NCBI RefSeq assembly: GCF_006345805.1
Contig: NC_043021.1
Span: 17,732,001 to 17,796,000, forward strand
Length of the DNA: 64,000 bases
Source of the DNA: Octopus sinensis
Lineage: Eukaryota
Direction: 5' to 3'
Part shown: positions 63,634 through 64,000 of the stretch, piece after piece
Numbering within the stretch: position 1 is the stretch's first letter
Layout of the letters: each line of letters starts with the position of its first letter
Position numbers and translations under genes: made by a program
The notes under the pieces: model-generated
Told to the model about the DNA's origin: nothing
Seen by the model: the letters and a program-made list of their open reading frames with translations, nothing else
Databases searched by the model: none

Positions 63634-64000
63634 CTGGAAAGAACACAAAAAAAAAAGAAATTAAGATTTTAAAACAATAAAACTTTACTAACATAAAATA
63701 TTTCTATCTCGTTGCTATGTTTATTGTCAATAAACAGGAAGTGAAAATAAGTACAACAGTTTTTATATTTACAAAACAATTTTTTGTTTTATGTCTATAA
63801 GATATTTTATGAAAAACAAGAGAAAAGGGCAACAATGTCTTCTGAGAGAATTTGGTAAATGGAAATTGTGGGGGGAAGTCCGTTGTGCGTATGCGTGTGT
63901 GTGTGTGTGTGTGTGTTGGGGGAGGGTGTATCAAAAAGATCAAAGTGTAGTAAACAGAAGAAAATCATTTACTAGTAAGAAATTTTTCTGAGTCTCCATG

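Overview
This is AT-rich eukaryotic DNA, dense in microsatellites and SINEs. The repeat families look like those of an octopus genome; that is recognition from memory, not a database search. One protein-coding gene can be supported: the N-terminal part of MED13 (Mediator kinase-module subunit 13; skuld/MED13/MED13L family) on the minus strand. It has seven GT-AG exons with consistent phases: 63633-63525, 39809-39729, 39341-39196, 39045-38863, 23931-23586, 22424-22341 and 18620-17545. The gene runs off the right end, and no further exon could be confirmed in 1-17544. The last exon has a 1-nt deletion inside a polyQ tract that breaks the frame. The introns hold several tRNA-derived and RTE-tailed SINE families (some with clear target-site duplications), an RTE LINE 3' fragment, TTAA-flanked piggyBac-like MITEs, hAT-like MITEs and many simple repeats. 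The most interesting non-routine signals are: a (TA)n-associated repeat with a hammerhead-ribozyme-like core in MED13 sense orientation; a ~215-bp inverted duplication ending in telomere-like repeats; nested inverted SINE pairs around three exons; a CpG-rich intronic island with a possible alternative exon; and a DK-repeat insertion in the conserved MED13 N-terminus. I see no prokaryotic-type system, CRISPR array or intact transposase/RT ORF. Almost all ORFs in the supplied track are microsatellite or SINE artefacts.
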